From Bigelowiella natans CCMP2755 (Eukaryota; Protista; Cercozoa), in NCBI GenBank assembly GCA_000320545.1, contig ADNK01001820.1:1-64000 (forward strand): a stretch of 64,000 bases of DNA, in the 5' to 3' direction. Each line of letters starts with the position of its first letter. Position 1 is the stretch's first letter. The notes under the pieces were generated by a model. The model made no database searches. It was not told the origin of the DNA and saw nothing but the letters and a program-made list of their open reading frames with translations. Below, in pieces: positions 36,922 through 50,500 of the stretch. The position numbers and the translations under genes were made by a program.

Positions 36922-38619
36922 TCACACAGACGAATATTGTGCGGTGCGCTAAATGGATACGTTCAACAAATGTTTTACTTTTTCTTTCACATCACATACA
37001 TGCTGGTCATAGAACTCACTCCGTGTCTATTCTCGTGCGCTCCTCCCGCTTAGCCAGCGCCTTTTCTATGACAGCCAGATTGTCTTCTCTCTGCTTCAGA
37101 ACGGCGTGCATCTCTGTGATGACGTTTCGTTCGCGTTCTCGCATCGTATTGATCTTCCCCACCTGCGCCCTTAGTTCCCCTGCAGTCTTATGTAGCAAGT
37201 CCCGTTCTGCCTGAGTCTTCTTGAACCCCTCCTCTTGTTCTTGCACATTCTGTTGTAGGACGGCCAGCTCCTCCTGGTGCTCAAGTGACAGACGCTTTAC
37301 AGCCTCAACCCATTCCGCCTCTTGCTCTTCTACCTTTTCGTTGCATTTTTTCCCGAGTGATTCTCTCAGTGCTTCGAGCTCTTTTGTATGTCGTTCGCGC
37401 TCTCTTTTACGTAGTTCTGCATGCTGTCTCTCTAGCCGCCGACAGGCCTCCTCATGACTTCTCCTCACCCGAGAGATCATCACCTTATACATATGAGACT
37501 CGTTACTGCTGGAGAGGCCATTGGATGTTTTGAAGGAGCAAAGCTGCCGCTCCACAGTATCGACGAGGGTGGCCAACGATGGATGAGAGCCTCCTTCTGC
37601 CACCCTCGATGACTCTGCCCGCGTGTCACCTGAGGATGTGTTCACGACCCGTCGCAAAATGCTGCTACTACTGCCATTAGCCTTCGTTCCCTTGTCTTTC
37701 ACGTCCGACGCAGTATGATTAGGGGTTTTGGGCGTGTATATGTCCGAAAGATTTCCGGCGGCTGCTGCTGCAGCGGATTGCTGCTTCCTGGTTGTGTCAA
37801 GAAGGTGTTCAAGCCGTTGCCGTAACATCGCCGTCTCGCGCTCCTTTTCTGTGCAATTTTGCCAAACGTTATTTTTGTGGATGTACAGGTATTTACATTC
37901 CTGTGTTATAGTTTTAGTGAAGCATGACAACAGCTTCATGAAGCTTTGGGAAATAATCTTGAGTAACAAAATATTCGTACCTCTAGTATCACAGGCAAGC
38001 TTGTGCTCAAGCTCTCTGCACCTGATTTGTGTTGTGAGTAGCTCCTGCTCTGTCCTACGTAATTTGTTCTCGATATCCCTCATTATCCCGGGATTGTCAT
38101 GATTGCTAACCGAAGAACTTTTGTCCCCTCGCATTTCTTTCTTCTCGTCCTTTCTTCCTATACACTAAAATGAAGATGCATTCTATTTATATCAACATTC
38201 GGGTTATCATCTATGGACCATGATATCTCTCTGTCTATGGATACCTTGTTCTCTGTGAAGTTATCCACACGATCTTGCATGGCTTCCATGATGGACTCAG
38301 CTACTCTCAAAAAGCGATTAACTTCTGTGGTACGTAAGGCCGTCAAATCCTTCGCGACTTTGCCTAGTCCAAAGAGCAGTTGCTCCTGGAAATCGTGAAG
38401 ATTTTTGGGGCGGGGAAGCGGACAAAGTCGCTCATTCTCGTTATCGATGCTCGATTTTGTGGTCGCACGGGTGCGTGCTAATAGAGATTGAAGGAGGGGA
38501 AGCGCAAGAGCTTCGAGCTGGTTTTGTAATGAATCTTGGTACGTCTTGTCAGAGAGGCGGGAACAGAGTCTTTGCAGCTCAAGCAGGCTCGTAGCCAATT
38601 TATCATCAAATCCGCTCAT
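36176..38619 (-). CDS. Long coiled-coil protein of unknown function
   Basis: Exons approx. 38619-38244, 38157-37981, 37849-37017, 36800-36176 with E/K/R/Q/L heptad-rich sequence. Further 5' exons up to about 38950 are possible. Confidence 0.75.
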
Positions 38620-39097
38620 GAATTCAAGTTGTTACTTTAATTGGGTGGGAGTTTTACTTTCTCATTCAACAGAGAAGTGCAAAATGTGGGATTTGAAACT
38701 TTTATTGAGGATAGCACGTGTAGATAGATAGACACACGCACAATTTCCGTTCAAAACAATATTTATTGAATGTATTCGCGAAGAAGAGCTTAGAAGCTGA
38801 ATTCTTTTTTGCTTAAAACTCTTGCTTCGATCATGATCTTCTCTTTCCTTAGCCACCCCCCAATGAGCCGAGACACAAACCCGTTCCCTCCAACGGCAGT
38901 CTCGTTTCTTACCATGTGAATCTAGGCTATATTGATAGCGCGACATCTTCATGTACGACTGTGTGACTGTGCTGCTTTATTGCATTTCTGATAAGAATCA
39001 TCGAGGATTGATGCTGTGCGACATGGTTTTTGCGCTTGCCTGCGATCGTACACCGGTATCTATCTGATCTCATAACAAAAATCGAAGTCGCAGAATC

Positions 39098-40224
39098 ATG
39101 GCGACGATCGATGACTCTGCCAAGTGTGTTCATGCCACGCGAAGTTTCCAGGCAAAGCTAGCCACGGTTCATTCGCTCCGTCTTCTGTCACTATTTAGCC
39201 CGGTGCTATTTATAGCCTGGAAATGCAAGTTACAATGATTCTAAATAAACGAACAGGTCCTATTCATTGGCCTAATCCCAGGTGGTCTCTTCCGCTTTGG
39301 ATGTGCCTCTTCACCATGCTTTATGGATACGGGGATGCAACGCTCGCTTTTCGATGTCATAATACATACGATCGTCTTCGCAATTTTCTATCGACTCATG
39401 TCGGGTCAGATTATAACTTTGCATTACTACAAAATCTACCCCGGTTTGGCTGAGATTCGAACTAATAAAAGGAAATGGCGCCGGTGGATATTATGATGCC
39501 ACGATGCTTGGAATGGGCCAACTCACCAACTTGGCTCGACATTTTCGGGACTTATATGAGCGTCACTCTGGAATATCGAGCGTAAATTTGGATCTATGAG
39601 GGAAGGGAGCATAATGATAACAGTAGTTTATATGTTGTAACTTTCAGCGACACCAGAATGGTCTGCTTAAGGAGAAACAACGTGGAATATTCCGTACATT
39701 GAATATGCTTGAGTCATCTCTCGGTGCTTCTACATTTTCCTTCGCCATGTATCATATTTTTAATAAATCTACATTTCGATATTAAAAGGATTCATGATTT
39801 TCATGCCGGGACTTCTCATTCAACCTCCGCCGTTCCTCAAAGCGTACAATTCCATCCTCGTGTCTCTAAGCATTGTCGGTTCTCTATCCATTTTATTCAT
39901 CTCAAAACTCGAAAGTTAGGGCTTTAACAATACCTCGTTTGATCTGTCTGTGTGACGAATATAGTCATTCATGGTGGCCTATATTTTATGGCCCATCGAA
40001 AAATTGCAGCCATGAACATCGGGGAATCACTTTGGAAAGCAAATGGAAGCTTTGAAACTGCGGTACTTGTGAAATTTTAGTGTGACCTTCGATCATGCCC
40101 CTATTTCAATTAAGTACTATCAGCATGTAAGGATGTCGTGATCGATGCGATTGCTGCTATGATTTGCATTGTTTAGACCTCTGCCTCTTCATTGGAAAGG
40201 GTATTCCAATCTGAATCGTATTGA
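39098..40224 (+). CDS. Small membrane protein of unknown function (~200 aa, 7 exons), missed by the ORF track
   Basis: Phase-consistent GT-AG splicing gives MATIDDSAK..KLAT|VLFIGLIPGGLFRFGC..VIIHTIVFAIFYRLMS|GNGAGGYYDATMLGMGQLTNLARHFRDLY..|RHQNGLLKEKQRGIF|RFMIFMPGLLIQPPPFLKAYNSILVSLSIV|VIHGGLYFMAHRK..|TSASSLERVFQSESY*. Confidence 0.65.
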
Positions 40225-41158
40225 AAGGCTCCATGAGAATCAAAAATTGCATTTAATCCGTCGAGCATATCCAGAAAATCAAAGAGTCGGTGTATGGCTC
40301 GTCAAAAAATAATGAATATGAACTACTCAACGCTAACGTGATGTTGACGAAGTGGTTGTGCACATTGCACAACTATCATGTTCACAAATGTCTACGCACT
40401 TTGCATTGCACAAATTGCAGCTTGCCGCAAAATTAAAGTGCGACGTCTAGACGTCGCGTGCGTGCGGATTTTGACATATCTAGACATATAATTGTCGTGA
40501 GCACACACGTGCGCACAGCCGCCAGTTGCGCACGCGCATCAGCTCGCGTGCACGCTTTCTCCTCGCACGCAGCTGCATTGCGCACGATGCACCTGTGCAC
40601 ACTCTGCTGCATGGACGTGCAGTCATGGCGGCGCACACGAGCACGTGTCCTGCACTTGCTAGCTTGGTCATCCTAAATGCTGCTCACACGTTGCATGCCT
40701 GCATCACTCATTTAATCATATTGTGGGCCGGTGCACGGCTGCACTCTTGACTGTGACAACGCCACAAACACATGTGCGCATCACACGACACCGACGAGTA
40801 GCGAACACACGTTTGGAGCGGTCGGAACTGCTGCAAGTCATCACATACAGATGTCATCGCGCTGGTGGTGTGACTTTTAGCCTTTTAGCTATTTCTCTTT
40901 CTGCGCAGACGCGATTTAACGACAAGTTTCAAATCTGAAAACTGTCATTGGCATCAATTGAGATCAAAATATCTCTACAGCATTGTGACGTGCATGAGTG
41001 CAGCGATTGCTGCTGCAGGTACGTTGCACGACAGAAGGGCACGTCTTTATTCAAGTCTCCTCAACACACATCAATGCATCACACGGTCGTGTTTTTGAAC
41101 TGTGGTTGCTTCATCATTTGCATCTGCTTAAAGTACACATCATCACGGGAAAACATCA

Positions 41159-43011
41159 TCAATTTGCAGTGCTGCCTGGGTGTGGTGGAGACGCTTCCGC
41201 TTTCATGAACAGCATCATCCGCTCCCCTCGAGAGGATACCATCGGCCCTCGTCTACGATTCCCGTTCGTGCTCCTGCATCCTATGTCTGCTCCTTTGCCA
41301 TTAGGTGAGGATGGGCAAGGCGTAGTGGTGGAGAGAGAAGAACCTGAAGCAGCCCCATTACCATCTTGATCATGGTTGCCTACAGTGGTAGGTGTAGCGA
41401 AGACGCCTTTTTTTATCTGCACGCCGAGGGAACTCTTCATAGGCCCGCGCCGACGTCGACGTATTCCAACACCACCTCCCCCTCTACCTCTACTCCCGCT
41501 ACTACTGTTGCTGCTGCTACTACTACTACTACCACTATTGATGCCACCTCCTCTTCTTCCTGCACTAGCACTGTAGTGTAAAATGGGCGCTGCTGCTACT
41601 GCTGCTGCTGCTACTACTACTACTGCTGCTGCTGCTGCTACCGCTGCTTTTAGTGTTGCCAGTGCTGCTATTTCTTGTGGCTGAAGTTGGTACAGCTGAT
41701 GCTGGTGAAGGCGCGACTCCTCTACCTCGTAGGCGCCTCCTGCCTCCTCTTACAGATCTTCCTGCACCGCGATGACGAACGCCTCCTGCTTCCGGATCGC
41801 CATTGGTAGAAAGGTGCGAGGAGGGGGAAATACAAGTGGTGGTAGCGGTGGCCGTTTTCCCGGTGGTCACAGCTACCACAGGTTCGTTCTCCTTAATAAC
41901 CCGTGTTTTCGATTGAATCCCATCGTCGCTGATAGATTCGTGACTGACGATCACGATAAGAAAATGGTGAGGGTGATGATGATGATCGTAATGATGCAAT
42001 AATTTCAATCTTCTTCGGCCCCTCCCCTTCCCACTTGCCTTCCCTATCCTAGTGTTCATTCTGGGTTTGGTTTTTCCAGTATATGGATGATGATCTCACT
42101 TTCTGCGCTCTACTAAACTTACAGCAACAAAAAGTTCCTACCTCTGCAAGTATAGCCGCTGCAGCCGTGAAGAATTTTTCCTTCTTCCTCTCCTTCCCAC
42201 TAGTGCTACCGATGTTGTTGTTGAAGAGGAGGAGGAGGAGGAGGATGCTTCCCACGTCATCTTCTTTCCTTCCCTGTGATCAGCATCCCCTTGCTTGCTT
42301 TCTTCGACCCGTCCCTCATGAGACGGTAGCTCATCCAGTGAGGATTCTGGTGGGATATCAGGCACGCTGTAAAGTTCTTTGAACTGCTCCTGTAGCATCC
42401 TATAAACAAAAGAATAAACTATTACTGTATTGTAATAAGTTGTAATGGCGGTGCTACTCCTCCTTCTACCCAGTTTCAAGATAATACAACTTGAACTTGA
42501 GAGGAAAAGAATAAAACCATGTACTCAAACACATCCTCTCTTCGTTTCTATTAGTTGCTACTTGCCTCTTGCTACTACCGTTTTTGCTCCTCCTCAGATA
42601 ACTTAATGCTCCACGGCGGCTGTTGCTGATGGTGCTCGGCCTGATCACTCTGTTGCTCGGTGCCGATCAGATCTTTACTGGTTTCGATTATTCCCACATG
42701 CTGCGGGTAGTGCTCCGTCTTGTAGTTCGCACCACCCTCTATAGCTTCGTTAGTACTACTGTTTTGTTGTTGAGTACTCTTGTTCTGCTCGTCACCTTTA
42801 TCACCACCATAGATGTGACAACTATCACTCTGTTTCTCAATGGTGATGTTGTTATCCTTTGGGGATACATTGGAGATACTCTGCTGCTGCTGATGCTGCT
42901 TCTCTAGCGTTCCATCAATAGTTTCTGATTGCCTCCCACTAATGATGGTTGCTCCAAGTTGCTGCTGGGAGGCATCCATTCCATCCTGTAGTAAATATCA
43001 ATTGTTGTAAG

Positions 43012-43046
<35 letters not shown>

Positions 43047-46000
43047 CTATCACTGGCATCATCATCTTAGTAAACATCATATTCATCTCCTCTTCACCTT
43101 GGCAGTATCACCATCGTAATTGTCTCCGTTCTCGTTATCTGTCGCCAACTTGGTCGTCTCATCCTCTGCGCTGTGCGAAGAAACAGTGTTGGTAACAGTC
43201 GGCTTGAAGGAAGCACGTGCTCTTTCTCTGTAGCCAATACCTGGCGGCGGCGGCGGCGGCGGCATCATTGCATGCTGGTTCATTGCAAAGGCGCGATTAT
43301 GGTGGTGATGATGAGGGTGATGAGGATGCTGCTGACGCAGTTGCGGGTGTGATGGTGGTGGTCTAGGAGGATGATGATGATGGGGATGGGGAATCTGTTG
43401 CAACTGCGGATGGTGGAAGTGAGATGCTGCATATTGAGTGGCTGGAGGATACGAAGGATGGAGCCGATTATGAGGTGTACCAGTATGGGGTTGTTGGTAG
43501 TGATGAGAATGTTGATTATGTTGCGGGGTGTGCTGTTGCTGTTGATGTGGCCCGCCAAACATCTTGATTTCTTCTCCTGGTACTCCGGATACTGCGATCA
43601 TTCGCCGTGTCCGTGTATTATCTGATGTGCCAGCATCGTCTTTGATCGTAGGATTTCCTCCTCCCTTGACCCCCCTTCCATCAGCAGCATTAGCAGAAGC
43701 AACAACTGATGGATCGGAACTACCAATAGCCCCACTTCCATCCTTCCTTTCGTTGCTAGCTGCGCCATTTCCTCTTCGTCCCCCAGGAAGTCTCTGTGGA
43801 TGAGCTGGGAAGTCGCTCGAAGTACCAGCCATGAAGGGAGGATAAGGAGGATAAGGAGGATGAGGAGCCCCACCACTCCATTTTACCATCCCCGGGGAGG
43901 ACAGCAAGGGCCTGCGCGGTGGTGGTCCCTGTCCTTCTCTCCCGCCTCTTCCTTGCTGTCGCCCCCCCTGCTGTGATTGCTGATGGCGTGTGAAGTTGCC
44001 CCCTTCGTTAAAATACCCTCCTATTGCCGACAGGGAGGAATGTGGTGGCTGGTGAAAGTGGTTATGACGAGGCTGGGGGAGTGGGGGATGAGGAGGAGGA
44101 TGCTGAGGGTGAACACCCGCCGCTGATGCTCCCCTTTGTTGATGCATAGGCTCGAGCCTCCCGTCTCGTCCCGCCATCGTCATGATCATCATCGGGTTCG
44201 TGGAGTCTCCAGAGGATTGTGACCTGTTCTTGATAATACGACTCCCACCATCCCTTGTCGGCTGTGCTAGCTGTTTATTCTGCTGCGCTATCATAACCTC
44301 GTTGTTGCTGTCACTTGGACTTTTACCATCATCACTAATATTGTTGTTATCAATACTGCCGGGAAGTCTGCTACGATGGGAATGTTGGTTAATTGTAGCC
44401 CGAGGATGATACCTTGTAGCAACGTGCTGAATCTGTGGGGGTATCATGCCCCCGCCACCATGCATATTGTAGTTTGGAGACATCATAGGGCCTGGCATGA
44501 AACTACGATTCGCGGAAGGGTAGAAGGGCCCTGGTAACCCTGGATGAGGATGGTGAAGATGAGGATGATGATGATGAGGAGGATGGGGTAGCAGAGGTAG
44601 CGGCATCTGAAAATTGGTACTTCTGTCATTCCTGCCATTGCTGTCCGTGCCGTCGTTACTGTCATACTCCTCATTGCCGATATCATTACCTTCATATGTA
44701 CCATGAGCACCAACACCCTTGCTGCCGCCATCTTCATCGTTGTACTCGACATCCTCGTCATCATTCCCTCTCCTTTCGGTTCTCACTTCCCCCTTCTCCT
44801 TGTGGGCCAAGCCCTGGTGCTGACTATCCTGCTGTTCCTGCTTTTCGGTTTCAGTGCTAGTAATTCCTTCGTTGTGACTTTCTTCGGCATTATCACTTTG
44901 ATGAGGGGTTTTCGTAGAATGCAGCAATTCTCTACGATTGACAGGGGAAGTGCTCTTCAGTATTGCTGAAGAGGTCGAAGAAGCTGAAACTAGTTGGCCA
45001 CGAGCTATGCCTGTTGCAAAAGTATGCGAAAGATTTACATCGTAATCTATGCTTTTTTGAATAATATTCAGGTATTCATTCTGTTCCCACAAACATATAT
45101 TCTCGCGCCTTAAAAAAAGACCTCGTTTTGAATATAATTCTTAAATTTGAGGCAATGCAGACCTCTGGTTTGCCATTGAGAGCCTGAAACTTGCGGCCGC
45201 CGTTGTCTCTCGTTGCCCTGCTGTTGTTCCTTTATACTGAATAAGAAACAACGATGATAAACCCATGTCAACTAACAAAGGGAGATATTCAGGAATAAGT
45301 TAAATAAAAAGATTGTCGAGAACGCCATAATAATAGTTTTCATTCAGTCGTGCCATACCCAGAGCCCTCATTTTTGGAATCCCGACTGTCGTTAGTTAGT
45401 GACCAGGCGAGTTGATCATGCGGTTGGGTATCGAAATCTGGCATAGGACTTCCTCGTTTTTGGTCAGTCCCAAAGAGAGAAGTAGGTATAAAGCCACTTC
45501 CTCCTGAACTGCCTTGAATAAGAGGCGGCGGCGACACTCTATTTCCTGAGTAAAAAGTAATCGATTAATTCTAGACCTGGATAATAGAGAGCAGGGGAAA
45601 GAAAAATTGAGAGAGAGGAAAGGAGATATTGGGAAGGCAGTCGAAGCGGAAAAACAGAACAGCAGGCTATACCGTAGGGTCCCTTGATGCCCTGTTTTGG
45701 GTGCCCCATATAGTTAAACATGGGAGGAAATGGTTGCATGGGAGGTTGGTGTAAGTTGGGATGTGCTGCGTAGAACCCAAGGTGTGTGCCTGGTCCTGAG
45801 TTCTGATGGCCGTTGAACATAAGCTGCGGTGGTGGCGGTGCATGATGTGGATGAAACGGGGGTCTCCTAATGAGTAAGTTTTGTCGCTCATGCATATTTC
45901 TCCTGGGTCCTTTCTGTAACTGAACTTGAGGATAGTTTCTAGCAACAGGGTTTCCAGTTGGGTAGCCATTATTTGGCGGAGACTGAAGATTTTGCCCCGG

Positions 46001-46213
46001 AGATCTTGGCGGTACATTTGTACCATTCTTATACATGCTAGCTGACTTTGAACGATGAAAAGAAGTTGATGATGAGGTGTTTGTCGCCGACCTTTCGATG
46101 CTCTCTCTTGCGATTTTAGTTTGCTCTATTGGTGTCTGCATTGAAGGTCTTTCATTTTTCGCAGAGGAATTTAGTTGGACATCTTTGTTTCCATCAGTCG
46201 GCTCACCAACCAT
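41159..46213 (-). CDS. Large intrinsically disordered His/Pro/Gln/Gly/Ser-rich protein
   Basis: Chain of minus-strand ORFs (45539-46213, 45340-45537, 43083-45092, 42575-42979, 42138-42479, 41565-42059, 41159-41440) separated by intron-like gaps. No recognisable folded domain. Confidence 0.7.
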
Positions 46214-47270
46214 TATTTTTCCAGCCCAACAGCAAACCGGGCTGAACTAACGTCGCTGCGAGTTAGAACTCGGAAACTCAACAAGAAGCAGCACATTTTT
46301 TTATTTCGGACATTTATATTTTGCGTATTCATACATTTTAACAGTGATCAAGCCTTTGACGTCATCTGCAAATAAAGGACATAATTTATTTACTTTGTTT
46401 ATCAAGCCAACTTCAAATCTGAAGCTATTTCAGTAAGATGTTCCGTAAGCAGCGAGGAGCAGCTCCTTTCCAACTCGATGAAAATCGATGTTGTCGCTAT
46501 GAAGAATCGTAGATCGTTTGTTGATTGTAGACAGCTCTGCTTTGGAAATACCAAATAAAATTATGCAACAAACATCATCGTAAAAACTTCGTAGGATTCG
46601 AGGTTCTCTGACAAACTTGGAAGTATTTGATATAGAGGTTTGTCGCACAGTAAAGATTACCCAGAAAATATTCCCAGAATCATTAATCTCAATATTGGTG
46701 TTCTTCTTCTTTGATGGAGAAAAAAGAGGATGTAATTTATATCTACGTCATCCTAGTTATCAATTTAAGTAGGTATTTTATCAATGAATAATTTTACGAC
46801 ATCTCATTTTAATCTCATATGCGACGCAAGAAGTTCCACATAATATTTGTTTTCCGTCTACGACATGAGACTCTGGTTTCTTTTGGATTGAAAACATGAG
46901 TATTCCTTCCCGATGATATCGCGAGTAAAAGTCTGAATCGTGGTTCCCCCCACCGACTTGATTCTTCACGTCTACGGTTGCTTCGAATTTTCAATCGTTT
47001 AGCGGAAAATACAACATAAAGGCCATCATTCTGGGATTAGATCTTTGTGCTGCATAGTCGGAGTCTTCCATGCGTCGTTGCAAATGCAAGGAATTTAGTC
47101 TTTGGTGCACGATGTACCCCCACTTACAACTCACATTGTTAACGAAGTACTTTTATTTCATTCCAGGGTTACGTACCAACGGTCTCAAATCTCCATCAGC
47201 CCTATTGCAAGGACATTTGTATCTCATTTCTTCTAGTCAAAAGTGAGGGTGCAGGTGGGTGCTCTCTGGT

Positions 47271-47478
47271 ATGGGCCTTTGTGCATCTGTTGAGAAGGAT
47301 GTGCCAGAGAACCCAAAAGATATGGAACTCGCCGCGCGCAGTACTAAAGATTTGAACAGGAATCGAAGCCCTATCCTTCAATCAGCACGGACTGGGATCA
47401 CGTCACATGCATCAAATGGAGACCGGGAGAGCATTGCCAGTGATGTGGTTGGATCCTCCTCCCCCTCCCCACCACCAC

Positions 47479-47514
<36 letters not shown>

Positions 47515-47747
47515 TCATATTCTTAACTCGTTATTATTTACCCTAAAAATTCTCCCACTTCAATTATAGGATCATAAATTATGCAGATGATCAAGATCAT
47601 CCGAATCAGAAGTCTCCATCATATGTTTTTACTGCTGTTAGATGGCGCGGATACATTCGAGGCATTACGCGGGATTCGACAGCAGTGTTGTCCGTCACTC
47701 TCAGGTAAAATTGATTCAAAATCTTATAAAATTGTTGAACTGTGACA

Positions 47748-47792
<45 letters not shown>

Positions 47793-48014
47793 TGAGAACC
47801 AGAACCATTCCTCATGTTCATTCGTTTTATGAATTGGCTTTTTCGCGCAGTATGTCTTATATTTGCACTTTTCGTTTCCTTTTTTATTAGAGCGCGGGAA
47901 GTAGCAAAAAACCGATGTATCAGCAGCATCTGCAGTCGTGGACACCCGAAAAGCAAAGGTGTCAGTGTGGCATGAGTGCCCCTTTGGTTCTCCAAATAAC
48001 TACTTTATGCACAT

Positions 48015-48071
<57 letters not shown>

Positions 48072-48076
48072 GTGCG

Positions 48077-48111
<35 letters not shown>

Positions 48112-50500
48112 TTCTTTGTGTGTGCGCGCGCTTGTAAAAATATCGTCATTCGTAATTTCATTCCAGTCGGAAGCGTTCACTATCTAATTAAATGAATATG
48201 ACTCCTCCCCATTTCCACATCCACAGGTCCCCATATGGTGCTGTTCCTGTGAAGGGAGAGGCAGTTGCAGTTGTAGGCCTTAAAAGGGTAGTTAACTAAT
48301 TATCAGATCTTAAATTTGATCCACTTCATTAGTGCCACTAATCATCATGTCATGATGCTGATAACGATGATGTTGGTGATGGATGCTTAGCTGTCTGAGT
48401 ACAATGGGCGTGTTGGCATTGTGAAATCTCTCCCGCTAAACAACTTCGTGCGTGCTAGGTAAAAACTAAGCATGTGGCTCTAGTATCGACAGAATTTTAC
48501 ATTTGCACTGCAACACTCTATTGTTAAACGAGGCCATGTTGTCCATGTACATCCAGAACCTGCTTTTCTCGGTCAATTATCGGAGGCTCTTCCTATTTTT
48601 GTTTTCATTTTTCGTTTGAGGCTTATTACTTGCCAGTTATATTGGTACCGCTACAATAGCATGAGCATATTAACTATGACGATTAGGACTAGTCTGCGGC
48701 GTAAGCCTCGTTATGCCGTCTTCTTACCAGGATGGTCGCAGGTATTTGTATACGAAGTCCGCATACCACCATGACGACAAACAATACTACTACTACTACT
48801 ATTACTATTACTACATGTCCACGAGATTGAACAGTTTTCATTTTATTTCCACCTTTCTCTCACTCTCATTATAATTATCGTCTGCTTATTTTCTCTGAAT
48901 CTGGCAAAAATAAATATGTTGAAACTTATCACCTTGGAAGCATATGCAAATGAGATAATTTTGTTGTTGTCTTCCGTCGTATCTTTCAGTTACTGAATAT
49001 TCGTATGGAGAATTTATGCGTACTTGACCGCCACCAGATCCCAGTGGTGGTCAAAGACGGAGACGCGGGGCTTGAGTTCCATAAAGACGATTGTGGGTGG
49101 CTCGTCACCAGTGTCGCCAGCGCACCAGGCCAATCACATCTCAGAAAGGTCGGTTTTCTACACTCTCCCGTTCCGCTCCTCTCGCTTATTCCTGTGTTTG
49201 TGTTTTGCATCTCAGCGCGATATTATCATTGGGGTTGACGGGAAGAGCTTGATGTGCCGCTCTGCCGCGGACCAAACTCGCATTGTGCAAAAGTAGTAAA
49301 GCGACTGCAAACAGGCTCTATATCTGTTAAAACTGAGCTACATGTTGTAACCATGACCTTGTGATGTTAAATTTTAAATTGTTTTATTTAGACATCTTAA
49401 ACACGGAGTGCAGATCGACATCCTTCGAACCCCCTCCCGAAATCGCTCGCGACGGGAACGCGCTCGTTCGGATTACACGAGCAGTAAGAGGGTATCAGTG
49501 AGTGCCAGCAGCACGGTAGCGGAAAGAGATGACAGGTATAGACGGCCCTTGTCAGCTAGGACGAGGCATCTTCTATCGCGAGCCTTCGAGATGATAAACG
49601 ATGTCAAAGGAGATAAAACTTCGGCCATAAATTCGATATCGAAAAAGAGACGGCAAGAAGAGCTGCCTGCTGCCGTGACCTCGGCTTCTTCGTCATCACA
49701 ACACATGCTGCAACAGCAGGAGGAGCATTCATTTACGGCTGCCCGGGCTGGTGCTGCGTGCGACCTATTTGTTTATATACTTTTTGTGATAAGAACGATT
49801 CGTTATCCAGACACCATGCCTGCCCAGGTACTGATACACTATTAAATATAAACAGGAGTCACTTTCCTTATTTTATACGATATCCTGGATGATTTTTGTA
49901 GGCACGTGTGTGGGCCGAAGGAATGGCGAGTAAAGTTCTTTCGCAATTAGGAATCCCAATGATGACGGGACATCGTTCTATATCCAAAGGAGACGCCAAT
50001 GGGGCTGCTTATGAGAGGATACTCGCCGAGAAGCAGCAACTCGCCACCAGAAAGAAGAATTATGGCCGTAATTTGAACCCCCCTACAAACAGCAGCAAAT
50101 TGATACACCTCAATAGCTTTTTAGGTAATAATAGGTGATCAAAATATGAATCTGCCGCTGCTGCGAAGAAGATAAATGGAAGAACACCCATACGCAAGAG
50201 AGGAGAGAGGAGTTTCACAGGAGAGACATGGATTCATATGCCAACTGCAGTGCACTGTTGTACTGAGTTCGTTTATTTGGTAATCTACACGAATTTTATG
50301 TAGGTCTATTCGAGAGTTTACAGGAGGACCGATTCCCCACTGTAGATATTGAACAGTCAATAGAGACGGTTACCACAGCTTTTGGAGGAACTTTCCCCAA
50401 AGATAGCGACAGTGGTAGTAGTAGTAAAATAGTTTGCTTGCTTACAAAAGGAACTAAAAAGATCATAGCCGCTCGCCGCGCGCAGCAACAAGCAACATGA
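47271..50500 (+). CDS. N-acylated protein (MGLCAS) with SH3-like and PDZ-like domains
   Basis: MGxC myristoylation/palmitoylation start. VAVVGLK..EYNGRVGIV..RYAVFL..LLNIRMENL is SH3/KOW-like. VKDGDAGLEF..WLVTSVASAPGQSHLRK|RDIIIGVDGKSL..VQIDILR is PDZ-like. The 3' end is uncertain because of a frame break near 50140. Confidence 0.62.
48014..48112. repeat. Compound microsatellite (CA)n(TA)n(TG)n
   Basis: Directly visible; one of many intronic dinucleotide arrays (also 2100-2164, 3131-3186, 10453-10519, 21594-21675, 23305-23430, 27498-27587, 36836-36920). Confidence 0.9.

Noticed and set aside
46211-47200. Possible small minus-strand gene whose TAA would overlap the next ATG (TAATG, stop-start coupling)
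   Set aside because: Only two short exons could be joined and no full model assembled; these may be 5' UTR exons. Needs RNA-seq.
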